From positions 32,001 to 96,000 of the forward strand of contig CAVXXK010000007.1 of assembly GCA_963765675.1 (NCBI GenBank): 64,000 bases of DNA, read 5' to 3'. Of the stretch, positions 1 through 9,607 are shown one piece after another. Source of the stretch: an uncultured delta proteobacterium. GTDB taxonomy: Bacteria; Desulfobacterota; Binatia; Binatales; Binataceae. How positions within the stretch are numbered: position 1 is the first letter of the stretch; every line of letters starts with the position of its first letter. The translations under genes were made by a program, and so were the position numbers. A model generated the notes under the pieces. That model was given only the letters and a program-made list of their open reading frames with translations. It was not told the DNA's origin and searched no databases.

Positions 1-1235
1 AGGTAGGCTTCGCGCAGCACTGCCTCTTGCGCACGCGGATTCGGCGCCATCAGTCCGTTGCTGCGGCCGTCCTGATTCACCGCGCTGCCGCGAATAACGG
101 CGTAGATCGGATCGCCGTCAGCTAACGCTAGCGATAGCGATTTCAGCACGACGACGCCCGCGCCCTCGCTACGAACATAGCCGTTGGCACGCGCGTCGAA
201 GGTTTTGCAGCGCCCATCGGGCGCCATCGCTCCTGCCTTGCTGAAATTGATCGTAATGGCAGGCGATAGGATCAGATTCACACCCCCGGCCAACGCCAAG
301 GTGGACTCACCGCTCCTCAGGCTGTTGCAGGCTTGATGGACCGCGACGAGTGACGACGAACATGCGGTATCGATCGCAATACTCGGTCCGCGGAAATCAA
401 ATACATAGGAGATACGGTTGGCAGCGATACTGAGCGCATTGCCGGTGCCCGCGTATGCGTCGATCCGATCCAGATCGTTAAATTGAATGCGGCCGTAGTC
501 GTTGTTCGAGATTCCGATGAACACGCCGGCCGAGGTGCCCGCCAGCCGCTCCCGCACCTGTCCGGCGTCTTCCAGCGCTTCCCACGCCACCTCGAGCAGG
601 ATGCGTTGTTGCGGATCCATACGTGCGGCTTCCCGCGGCGAGATGCCAAAAAAGTGCGCATCGAACTGATCGATATCCTCGATGAAACCGCCCCAGCGCG
701 TGACAATCTTGCCGGGTGCCGACGGATCAGGATCGAAAAGACCGTCGAGCTTGAAGCGTGCGGCCGGAACTTCCTGGATGGCGTCGACGCCGTCGCGCAG
801 CAGGTTCCAGAAGGCGCGCGCGTCCTTTGCGCCGGGAAAGCGGCACGCGATTCCGATTATCGCGATCGCTTCGGAATTCGCCTCCTGAATCCGGCTCGCT
901 TCGGCGGTTGTCTGCAACGGACTTGGCGACTGTGCCAGTCCGCGAGCGAGAGCGTCGATGGTTGGAAACTCATATGCCAACTCGGCCGGAAAATCTCGTC
1001 CCAGCCACTCTGAAAGTTCGCCGGAGAGTCCGACCAGTTCCGTCGATCCAAGTCCGTAGCTCGCGAATGGTTCCGCGACGTCCACCTCATCCGCTTCGAT
1101 TTCAAGCATCTCGGAAAGTCTGGATACCAGCCAGGCCTGGATTGTTGCCGCGCCTGGTTTGGGATTCTCTTTCGCACGGTTCCCATTTCGCTCCGCGTCA
1201 TGCGGGATAGTGCTGTTATTTTCATTTCCGGCCAT
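1..1235 (-). CDS. Type I polyketide synthase, N-terminal part (ACP-KS), runs off window edge
   Basis: Manual translation from ATG at 1235 (TAATG overlap with FAAL stop): ACP segment AWLVSRLSEMLE...FASYGLGSTELVGLSGELSEWL, then KS motifs IAIIGIACRFPGA, MDPQQRILLE, GPSIAIDTACSSSLVAVH, GYVRSEGAG. Confidence 0.95.
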   Translation of the reverse strand, partial: MAGNENNSTIPHDAERNGNRAKENPKPGAATIQAWLVSRLSEMLEIEADEVDVAEPFASYGLGSTELVGLSGELSEWLGRDFPAELAYEFPTIDALARGLAQSPSPLQTTAEASRIQEANSEAIAIIGIACRFPGAKDARAFWNLLRDGVDAIQEVPAARFKLDGLFDPDPSAPGKIVTRWGGFIEDIDQFDAHFFGISPREAARMDPQQRILLEVAWEALEDAGQVRERLAGTSAGVFIGISNNDYGRIQFNDLDRIDAYAGTGNALSIAANRISYVFDFRGPSIAIDTACSSSLVAVHQACNSLRSGESTLALAGGVNLILSPAITINFSKAGAMAPDGRCKTFDARANGYVRSEGAGVVVLKSLSLALADGDPIYAVIRGSAVNQDGRSNGLMAPNPRAQEAVLREAY

Positions 1236-3076
1236 TACGCACTCTTTGCGCCGTGTTCCAGCGTCCCGTCCCGAAACCTGGCTTGGCAAACACGACGTTG
1301 AATCTTGCCGCTGGGAGTTCTTGGGATGGCTCCAGCCTTGAGGAGCACGACCGCATGTACTCGTACGTCATGCTCTTCTGCCACCGCTCGGCGAATGGCC
1401 CGACTCACTGCGTCGAAGTCCGCTGGAGACCGCCCGTTCTGCCCGTTCCCATTTGAAACGCCGCGCGATTCGCCGTTGTGATTGTGCTGCTCCAGTTGAT
1501 AGCGCCGCTCTATTTCGGCTGCGACTATCAGACGTTCGTCGTTGCTGATATCGAGCGAAAAGGCTACGCAGCCGCCTGACCGCACTGCCGCATGACTTTG
1601 TTCTACCGTCGATTCGATGTCGTGGGGGTAAAGATTGCGGCCGCCGATGATGATCAGATCCTTGAGTCGGCCTGTGACATACAGTTCACCGTCTCGTAGG
1701 AATCCCAGGTCTCCGGTGCGAAGAAACGGCCCCTCACCAGTATCGGCGAGGTGGACATTGAAGGTGCACTCGGTTTCCTCAGACCGGTTCCAGTACCCCT
1801 GGGTCACGCTCGGACTCGATACCCAAATCTCCCCGACCTCATCGGGCGCGCACGCGGTCATCGATTCAGGGTGGGCGACAACAATTTTTGTACCGGACAT
1901 CGCACGCCCACATCCAACCAGCGTCCGTACGTTCTGCCGAGCGTCCGAAGCCTCGGCGATACCGTTGTGCTCGAGCGCCGTCACCTCGGTCGTGCATAGG
2001 ACGGGCTCATCTCCCACAACTCCACCCGACACGATCAGCGTCGCCTCGGCCAGCCCATAACAGGGATAGAAGAATTTTGGGTGGAATCCGCAGGACGCAA
2101 AGGTCTCAGCAAACCGCTTCAGGGTGTCCGCACGCACTGGCTCGGCGCCGTTGTATGCAACCTTCCAATTGCCGAGGTCCAGACCCTCGCGCTGTTCGCA
2201 GGTAATTTTGCGAGCACACATTTCGTACGCGAAATTCGGGCCTCCACTGACAGCGGCCTGGTAGCGCGAAACAGCCTGAAGCCATCGCAGCGGCCGCTGA
2301 AGAAAGGACTGAGGAGGCATGAGCACGCAACGGCGTCCTCCGTATGCAGGTTGGATAATGCCATTCATTAGTCCCATGTCGTGGAAAACCGGCAGCCATG
2401 TCACGGAGACCGTGTCAGAGGTAACCTCGAAGGCTCGACTGATCTGGGCCGAGTTCTCGAGAAGATTCCTGTGACTGACCATTACGCCCCTCGGTACAGC
2501 CGTGGAGCCTGAGGTATATTGGAGCAAAGCGAGAGTATCCGTACTCGCCTGAGAGTTCCGCCAATCTTCCGCCGCACTGATAGGAACCTTGTCGGTGGCC
2601 AACCAGCGAATCGTCTGTAGTTCTGGAGCCAGCTTGAAAAGGCTTTCAACTCTCGACAGGATCGACGATGTTGTCAGCACCAGTGTCGGCTGAGCATCGC
2701 TCGCGATAGTGCGAAGCCTCGGGAGAGTCCGCTGCGGCTGGGCCATATTCGGCGGAGGCAGAGGCACCGCAATAATCTCCGCATACAGGCATCCAAAGAA
2801 GGCGGAGATGAACTCAAGACCCGCTGGATAGAGCAATAGAGCACGCTCGCCCCTTGTCCCGTAGCTTTGGAGTACGGCGCCAATCGCCCGTGCTTGCCGG
2901 TCCAAGTCCGCTAAGGTCAAATTCGCTCCCTCGGTCTCTCCGTCGAGTAGGTAGGTGTAGATCCGCTGGTCTGGCTGCTGGAGCGCCCGTCCGCGGAGAA
3001 GCTCGACGAGACTGGAAACTTTCGTAATTTGAGTCACCATTGCTGACCGGGCGTGCTTGCCGATACGCGCGTTCAT
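1235..3076 (-). CDS. Fatty acyl-AMP ligase (FAAL)
   Basis: LQYTSGSTAVPRGVMVSH, WLPVFHDMGL, YPCYGLAEATL, FLRTGDLGF, PRTPSGKIQR; FAAL-type insertion after YGLAE; start may be ATG 3040. Confidence 0.93.
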   Translation of the reverse strand: MNARIGKHARSAMVTQITKVSSLVELLRGRALQQPDQRIYTYLLDGETEGANLTLADLDRQARAIGAVLQSYGTRGERALLLYPAGLEFISAFFGCLYAEIIAVPLPPPNMAQPQRTLPRLRTIASDAQPTLVLTTSSILSRVESLFKLAPELQTIRWLATDKVPISAAEDWRNSQASTDTLALLQYTSGSTAVPRGVMVSHRNLLENSAQISRAFEVTSDTVSVTWLPVFHDMGLMNGIIQPAYGGRRCVLMPPQSFLQRPLRWLQAVSRYQAAVSGGPNFAYEMCARKITCEQREGLDLGNWKVAYNGAEPVRADTLKRFAETFASCGFHPKFFYPCYGLAEATLIVSGGVVGDEPVLCTTEVTALEHNGIAEASDARQNVRTLVGCGRAMSGTKIVVAHPESMTACAPDEVGEIWVSSPSVTQGYWNRSEETECTFNVHLADTGEGPFLRTGDLGFLRDGELYVTGRLKDLIIIGGRNLYPHDIESTVEQSHAAVRSGGCVAFSLDISNDERLIVAAEIERRYQLEQHNHNGESRGVSNGNGQNGRSPADFDAVSRAIRRAVAEEHDVRVHAVVLLKAGAIPRTPSGKIQRRVCQARFRDGTLEHGAKSA

Positions 3077-3436
3077 GACGAGGCGGTGCGAAGCCTGAGT
3101 TCACTTTGGATCCTCAGGATCGTTCTACCTCAGAGAACATTATTTACCGCGCGACTGCGTTTTTGAAAACAAAAGTTGATCCAGGACTACAAATTTGTGT
3201 TCTACAGATAACCAAAACTAGCGAAGTAAAAACGAAGGACCCTCGTCCGTGGCCATCGCGGTCCAAAATGATCACATTAAAGGACCGGCCTCAGGGCAAT
3301 CCGCCGAGCTACGTCTTCGCACGTTCGTCCAGCCCGCATCCCGCCGCGATTCCTCTCTTCGTCCACCCGCTTAGTTGGCGTTCTGATTTTGATGACGGCG
3401 CGCGTCGCCGCCTTTTTCGATTCGCGAGGTGATATC

Positions 3437-3994
3437 TTGTTGACCAAAAATTCCGATCGTTTTTTCGTTGTGGCCGGTGGACCGGGCGCGGGCAAGACTA
3501 CGCTCATCGATGCGCTGGCGCGTATCGGTTATGCGCGATCAGTCGAAGCGGCCCGAGCGATCATCCAGGATCAACTCGCGATCGGCGGGCGCGCGCTGCC
3601 ATGGCGCGACCCCGCGATGTTCACCGAGATGATGCTGTCGTGGGAGATGCGCTCGTACCGTCTTGCGTGCGAGGAGGCCGGTCCGGTCTTCTTCGATCGA
3701 AGCATCCCTGAACTCGCGGGATATCTGCGGCTCGAAGGACTGCCGGTGCCGGCGCATATCGAGAAGGCAGTAGAGACGTTTCGCTACAACCGCCGGGTCT
3801 TTCTCGCGCCGCTATGGCCGGAGATCTACACGCAGGACAACGAACGCAAGCAGACTCTCGAAGATGCCGAGCGCAGCTACCGCGCGGCCGTCGAAACATA
3901 TACCGCATATGGCTACGAGCTCGTGCCGATTCCGCGGGCTCCGGTCGAAGAGCGTGTGCGATTCGTTTTGCGTGAGGCCGACCTTTTGCGTTGA
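3437..3994 (+). CDS. AAA_28/NadR-like P-loop ATPase
   Basis: GGPGAGKTTL Walker A, FFDRSIP, YTQDNERKQT; TTG start behind GAGGT. Confidence 0.85.
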   Translation: MLTKNSDRFFVVAGGPGAGKTTLIDALARIGYARSVEAARAIIQDQLAIGGRALPWRDPAMFTEMMLSWEMRSYRLACEEAGPVFFDRSIPELAGYLRLEGLPVPAHIEKAVETFRYNRRVFLAPLWPEIYTQDNERKQTLEDAERSYRAAVETYTAYGYELVPIPRAPVEERVRFVLREADLLR

Positions 3995-4026
3995 TGCGTG
4001 AGAATGCGTCTGGTAGGTGGAACGGG

Positions 4027-4704
4027 ATGCGCACGCGGGTGAAGATCTGTTGCATCACGTCGGTCGAAGAAGCCGAGCTGGCGATCGAGCATGGCGCCGA
4101 CGCGCTCGGGCTGGTCGGCGCGATGCCCTCGGGACCGGGAGTGATCGACGACGCTACGATCGCCGCGATCGCTGCCGTCGTGCCTCCACCGGTCGCGGCG
4201 TTTCTGCTGACCTCGGAACGCACTGCCGACGCGATCGCCGCGCACGTCGCGCTCACGGGAGTATCAACGGTGCAGATCGTTTCGCCGATCGAGGCCGAAG
4301 AATCGGCGCGGCTGGCAGTGCTGCTGCCGGCGACGCGTCGCGTGCAAGTGATCCACGTCGAAGGCGCGGACGCGCTCGGCCTTATCCCGATCTATTCATC
4401 ACACGTTCATGCGTTCCTGCTCGACTCGGGACGGCCGCGAGCCGCGGTACCTGTCCTCGGCGGAACCGGGCAGACGCACGATTGGAAGGTCAGCGCCGCT
4501 TTCGTGGCGGCGAGTCCGCGTCCGGTATTTCTTGCCGGCGGCTTGACGCCCGCTAACGTTGCCGATGCGATCGCGGCCGTCCGCCCTTACGGAGTCGATG
4601 TCTGCTCGGGTGTGCGCACGGACGACGGCAAGCTAGACTCAGCGAAACTCAGGGCGTTCATTGAAGCGGTCGCAGCCGCGGATACCGCCAGCGCATCGCG
4701 ATGA
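4027..4704 (+). CDS. trpF: Phosphoribosylanthranilate isomerase
   Basis: RVKICCI, FLLDSG, GGTGQTHDW, FLAGGLTPANV, GVDVCSGV. Confidence 0.85.
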   Translation: MRTRVKICCITSVEEAELAIEHGADALGLVGAMPSGPGVIDDATIAAIAAVVPPPVAAFLLTSERTADAIAAHVALTGVSTVQIVSPIEAEESARLAVLLPATRRVQVIHVEGADALGLIPIYSSHVHAFLLDSGRPRAAVPVLGGTGQTHDWKVSAAFVAASPRPVFLAGGLTPANVADAIAAVRPYGVDVCSGVRTDDGKLDSAKLRAFIEAVAAADTASASR

Positions 4705-5765
4705 CCAGCGAACTGAAAACCGGGCACAATATCGAGATTTGGATCGCGCTGGCCGCGGTGGGATTGCTGATCCTCGCGTGCATCGTAATCCTGCTGCCAT
4801 TCCTCTCGGCGATCGTGTGGTCGGTGATTCTTTGCGTATCGACCTGGCCGCTCTACAAACGGCTCGAGGCGGCGACACACGGACGCGCGGCGCTGTCGTC
4901 AATCCTGATGGTGTTGCTGCTCGCGATCGTGATCGTCGCGCCGTTCGCGATCGTCGGCGCGAGCCTCGCGAGCAACGTCTCCGAAGTGGTCACTGCGTTG
5001 CGCCGCTATTCCGCCGACGGGCCGCCGATGCCGCCGGGGTGGGTTTCGACGATTCCGATCGTTGGGTCGCGCTTGAATGACTATTGGACGGAGCTGTCGC
5101 TGAGCAGCGCGATGCGAGTGGACGAGATCGCCAAGTTGATGCCCGCGGCGAAGACTCTGGTGGTCACCGTCGGCGGAGCGCTTGCGGCGGGAATTCTCGA
5201 GTTGCTGTTGAGCCTTGTGATTGCGTTTTTCGTCTATCGCGATGGAAGCGCGGCGCTCGGGCACGCCAACGCCGTGCTCGATCGGCTGGGCGGCACGCAG
5301 GCGCGCCGCCTGCTCGAGACCGCGGGCACCACGGTGCAGGCTGTAGTGTACGGAATTCTCGGCACCGCGCTGATTCAGGGCACGCTCGCGGCGATCGGAT
5401 TCTGGATTGGTGGAGTTCCGGGCCCGGTGTTCCTTGGCTTCTGCACGTTTGTACTCGCGATGGTGCCGGTTGGACCGCCGCTCATCTGGATTCCCGCGTC
5501 GTTATGGCTATTTCATCTGGGCAGCACCGGATGGGGCATCTTCATGCTCATCTGGGGCGCGGTGGTCGTGAGTGGTTCCGACAATTTCGTGCGCCCGTTT
5601 CTGATCAGCCGCGGCGGCTCGACGCCACTTATCCTGGTGATGCTCGGAGTGCTCGGTGGCGTGGTCGCGTTCGGGTTTATAGGTATATTTCTTGGCCCGA
5701 CACTGCTGGCCGTTGGCTATAGCATGCTCGCGGATTGGGCGCCTGCCGCGCGCAGTGAGTATTAG
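4701..5765 (+). CDS. AI-2E family (YdiK-like) transporter
   Basis: Multi-TM; GTALIQG, DNFVRPFLIS, GGVVAFGFIGIFLGP. Confidence 0.9.
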   Translation: MTSELKTGHNIEIWIALAAVGLLILACIVILLPFLSAIVWSVILCVSTWPLYKRLEAATHGRAALSSILMVLLLAIVIVAPFAIVGASLASNVSEVVTALRRYSADGPPMPPGWVSTIPIVGSRLNDYWTELSLSSAMRVDEIAKLMPAAKTLVVTVGGALAAGILELLLSLVIAFFVYRDGSAALGHANAVLDRLGGTQARRLLETAGTTVQAVVYGILGTALIQGTLAAIGFWIGGVPGPVFLGFCTFVLAMVPVGPPLIWIPASLWLFHLGSTGWGIFMLIWGAVVVSGSDNFVRPFLISRGGSTPLILVMLGVLGGVVAFGFIGIFLGPTLLAVGYSMLADWAPAARSEY

Positions 5766-5769
5766 CTAT

Positions 5770-6432
5770 TCATCCGAGCGCTTTGCCCCACGCGTCCACA
5801 AATACTAACTGATTCAGAGAGCGCCGGATGAGCGGTCCGTGGCCGCGTCCTACTGGATAGCCAATCGGAATCGCCGCAGCCGTGTACCATCCATCGGGCA
5901 ACGCGAGCAGCTCGCGCACCTCCGGTTCATCCTCGCAAAGTAGAGTAGTCAGTACGCATCCTAGACCTTCGGCGCGGCAAGCCAGCAGCAGGTTCTCAAC
6001 CGCGGGATAAACCGAGCCGCCGCCGACCACTGAAGGGCGGTCCTGCTTGGAATCGGTGATCGCCATCTGCTTTGGATCGAAGCAGAACATCGCGATCGCC
6101 GGAGTATCGCCGAAGTGCGCCGCCATGTAGTCACCTGCGGCAAGAGTGCGCTCGGAACGCGCACGAACATCGGCCGGCGCCGAAGCGGGCACCGCGGCGC
6201 GGTAGTGACGCGAGTAGTTATTCCAGCGCGCTGAGTACAACTCGCCAAGCCGGGTCTTCTTCGCGCGATCCTTGACCAGGACGATTCGCCACGGCTGGCG
6301 ATTTCCGCCGGTGGGCGCCCAGGCCGCGGCTTCGAGCACGCGGCGCATCACGTCGTCGGGAATCGGATCGGGTTTGAGCCGCCGCACCGCGCGTAGCGTG
6401 CTCATCGCTTGGTAGATACCCATTTCAGCCAT
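5770..6432 (-). CDS. Nitroreductase family protein
   Basis: RAVRRLKPDPIP, WAPTGGNRQPW, ENLLLACRAEGLG, IPIGYP. Confidence 0.92.
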   Translation of the reverse strand: MAEMGIYQAMSTLRAVRRLKPDPIPDDVMRRVLEAAAWAPTGGNRQPWRIVLVKDRAKKTRLGELYSARWNNYSRHYRAAVPASAPADVRARSERTLAAGDYMAAHFGDTPAIAMFCFDPKQMAITDSKQDRPSVVGGGSVYPAVENLLLACRAEGLGCVLTTLLCEDEPEVRELLALPDGWYTAAAIPIGYPVGRGHGPLIRRSLNQLVFVDAWGKALG

Positions 6433-6470
6433 TACCTATTCTCCTTGTTGCGGTTTGCTTCTGGTGCAGT

Positions 6471-6727
6471 TGTCCCTCTCCCAGATAGGGAGAGGGTGCG
6501 TGGCGCGGCGATTGCTTCCTTTAGCAATCGCCGTGACGCGCGGGTGAGGGACCGACAGAATAGAATTCTGGTCGGTCACAGCAACAGCCTCCGCATGCCT
6601 TTCATATCCAGGTGTGTGCGTTGCGCATGATGCAGTGGCGGAAGCGGAGAAAGATTTCGCGCTGTCGGTCCCTCACCCGTCGCGCGCAGCGCGCGCCACC
6701 CTCTCCCAATCTTTTGGGAGAGGGACA
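6471..6727. repeat. Inverted pair of palindromic CCCTCACCC...CCCTCTCCC-n-GGGAGAGGG repeats (REP-like family A)
   Basis: 6541-6558 cgggtgagggaccgacag is the exact reverse complement of 6662-6679; tgtccctctccc (6471) pairs with gggagagggaca (ends 6727); internal hairpins. Confidence 0.85.
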
Positions 6728-6751
6728 TCTCTGCCATGACTTGTGTGTGCG

Positions 6752-8056
6752 TCATCGTGAGAGGGTTGCCGGGACGAAGGCTGCTTCCGACAGGTTGCCG
6801 GTGTTGATTTCCTGCTGGAACGGCTGATGCGCGGGGACGAGCGAACGGAAAAATGAGCCGCCGCCCGTCGGTACATAAAAGCTGCCCGCCAGATCGAACA
6901 GGTTGCCGCCTTCGCGTCCGGGTTTCATCCGCCACAGTGGAATCGCGGACGCGGTCTCGACGCCGTCCTTGTAGAACTGGGCGGCGAGCCATACATATAC
7001 TTCGCTGTCGATATATATAATCGTACTGAGAGTCTGATTGCCGAACTTCGGGTGCGCTTCGAGTATATAAGCGTGCCGCAACTCGAATGGTTCCTGACTA
7101 AGTGAGTATCCGTCGCCTGAAGTAGTAATTCCCGCCGGTTCGGAGATCGCTGAAAGGCATGCGAGGATCGTCGTGGTGCCGAGTAAGCGGTATTGGTAAT
7201 CCTCGGTCTTCGGGAGAGCGTACGCCCAGTAAGGCTGATGGCAATTGCGGCATCCGGGACCGGGAGCGCCGGCGCCGACCGCGATTCTCCGCACCCGGCG
7301 CGACATCTCATCGAAGTTGAAGAAGGCGTCGTCGGTGGCGGGGTCGAGGTAGCGCACCCAGATTCCCTTGCCTTCGCCGTTCTCGGCGCCTAGCGCGGTG
7401 ACGGACCAATCGTCGCAACGCGCTTTCCATTCGACCCCCATCGGATTTGCGCCGAGGGTAGGGCGCGGATCGACTTCGGTGCGATGCGCAAAACGCAGAA
7501 AAGTAAAATGATCGCATTGATAGTCGCCGTCGCTCTTGGCGATGATCTTCGCCGGATTCGCGGGGTCGGCGCTGTAGCCGTTGCTGCTCCACGGCGCGAG
7601 CGCGAAGTCGTCGGGCATGACCGGGCCCATATGCCAGTTGTAGGCAATCTTGATCGCGGCCTTGGGGTCGGCGAGATCGATCAGCGGAAACGGCATCCCG
7701 GCGATGTAGTTGGTCAGATGATCATTGGCGTCCAGGCCGGCCTGCGGAGAATATTTTTCGGTCGCGTTCTGGTACCCGGCCGACCACTGGAGCCTGCGCG
7801 ACGGCGTGACCTCGATCTTGAAACCGTGCGCGAGCGCGAATATCGCAGCCTGCGGCAGTATCTGCGTGAACTGACTCGCGTTGGCGCCGGTAATGATCGT
7901 GCCCGGCTTGAGCGCGGAGCTCTCGGGCGCCGCGGTTGCGATCGGATGAGCCGGCAGCGGCGTCGCGACTGGAGGCTGCGCGCGTGTGGTGGTGCTCATC
8001 GCGAGAATGCAGAAGAGCGCCGCGAACAGAAAGCGAGCCAGTGCGCGATGATTCAT
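6752..8056 (-). CDS. DUF1329-family periplasmic protein with signal peptide and CxxCH motif
   Basis: MNHRALARFLFAALFCILAMS signal; LKPGTIITGAN, YQNATEKY, NYIAGMPFP, KIAYNW, SRRVRR, IYIDSE; GCRNCHQ. Confidence 0.8.
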   Translation of the reverse strand: MNHRALARFLFAALFCILAMSTTTRAQPPVATPLPAHPIATAAPESSALKPGTIITGANASQFTQILPQAAIFALAHGFKIEVTPSRRLQWSAGYQNATEKYSPQAGLDANDHLTNYIAGMPFPLIDLADPKAAIKIAYNWHMGPVMPDDFALAPWSSNGYSADPANPAKIIAKSDGDYQCDHFTFLRFAHRTEVDPRPTLGANPMGVEWKARCDDWSVTALGAENGEGKGIWVRYLDPATDDAFFNFDEMSRRVRRIAVGAGAPGPGCRNCHQPYWAYALPKTEDYQYRLLGTTTILACLSAISEPAGITTSGDGYSLSQEPFELRHAYILEAHPKFGNQTLSTIIYIDSEVYVWLAAQFYKDGVETASAIPLWRMKPGREGGNLFDLAGSFYVPTGGGSFFRSLVPAHQPFQQEINTGNLSEAAFVPATLSR

Positions 8057-8069
8057 CGCGGATCCGAAA

Positions 8070-9021
8070 TCACTTGTGCGCCATCGAGGCCATCTGCGCG
8101 AACAGTGGGGTGATTTCGGCGGCGGCGCTGCCGGGTGAGAACTCGCGATAGAGCGTGGCGACGTTGACGACGATCCGCTCGGCGTCGGTCCACGAAGCGT
8201 AGGCGTCGAGCGCGATATCGCGCGCGGCTTCGGCCGCGGGCATCCCGGCGTCGAAGCGTTTGCGTGCCTCACGATTGATATACTCCAGGTATCCTTTCAG
8301 CGCGGCGACTCCCGCCTTGTCGGTGATCGGTCCGTGGCCGGGGACGATAGTTTCCACGTCGAGTGCGAGCATCGTATCGCACGCGGCGATCCAGTTTGCG
8401 ACCGGGCCGGCCCAGATGATCGGATGGCCGCCGATGAACAGGATATCGCCGGTGAAAATCGTGCGGTCGGCGGGAACGTGGACCAGCACGTCGCCGCGCG
8501 TGTGCGCGGGTCCGACCTGGATGAGGCGCACGCGCTTGGCGCCGACGGTGACTTCGAGCTCGCCCTCGAAGGTGCGGGTCGGGAAGCGCGCCGCGAATCC
8601 CCTCGAATTGGAACGGCCCGAAGATTTTGAGGATGTACTCGCCGACCGGTCCCATCGAGGGCGCCGCTTTCATCATCGCGGCCAGCCGTCCGGGAGGCTC
8701 GCTGCGCATTTCCTCGGCGCAGGCTTTCGACGCGATAATTTCCGCGCCCTCGACCAGCTCGTTGCCGTTGCAATGGTCGCCGTTCGAATGCGAGTTGACG
8801 AGCTTGCGGATCGGCGCGCGCGAGGTCGCGGGGCGCATCGCGTCGAGCATCTCGCGCGTGAGCGGCAGGTCGAACAGCGTATCGACCAGCATCGACTCGC
8901 CGCCGTCGGTGATTAGCCCGGCATTGCTCCATCCCCAGGAGCCGTCGGGCTGCAGGTACGCGAACGCGCCGTTGCCGATATCGTGGAGACCCTTGGTGTA
9001 CGCCCATTTACCATGCGCCAT
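8070..9021 (-). pseudogene. MBL-fold metallo-hydrolase (cyclase-like) with a single frameshift near 8582
   Basis: N-half SHSNGDHCNGN in one frame; C-half TRTFEGEL...GPAHTRGD, FTGDILF, IVPGHG in another; removing one C from CTTCCCGACC restores LPTRTFEG. Confidence 0.85.
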
Positions 9022-9546
9022 GGATAAATCCTCTCGCGTGCGGGTTCAGGTGGACGAACGATACGACGATCGGGCGGCCGAGGTCGAGCGCATGAGGGCG
9101 TGCGCGGAGCGCGAATCAAACGATGTCTCGACGGTGGGTTCGTTCAGGCTGTTTTCTGATCTCGAGATCGGAAAACTCTTTGATTCTGTTGAGGAGTGCT
9201 ATTGAAAAGTGCCAGTTCGTTTTCCTGCCGGGCAGCCGCGAAAATTCGCGGCGTGATCGGGGCAGGGTGATCCGAAACGTCGAAGGACGGGAGTTAGGTG
9301 ATGCGGGTTTTTTGTCCATGCGATCAATTCTGCGCAAAGCGCGAAAAATAACAAGGCTGAACAGTTCAGCCATGAACAAATCTGGCAAAAAACCTAACGC
9401 TCGTTAGGCTGGGAGTTTTCTGGTCCCTTTCCCTTCAGGGCGAGGGATCAGATGGCGGGCGGCACCGCGATTTATCCGCGCACATACAGGTGACGCTTCG
9501 CGTCGGCCGACGAGCCGTCGGCCACCACTGGCGGAAATAGGACGAA

Positions 9547-9590
9547 CAAAAAAAGAGCCGCGGTCGATTCGGATCGGCCGCGGCTCTTTG
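9547..9590 (-). terminator. Rho-independent terminator after acyl-CoA dehydrogenase
   Basis: aaagagccgcgg-tcgattcggatcgg-ccgcggctcttt stem followed on the minus strand by a T-run. Confidence 0.8.
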
Positions 9591-9607
9591 CATTCAGAAT
9601 TGCGCGA

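Noticed and set aside
3106-3432. 108-aa ORF in the AT-rich region upstream of FAAL
   Set aside because: No SD or motifs; more likely divergent promoter DNA.
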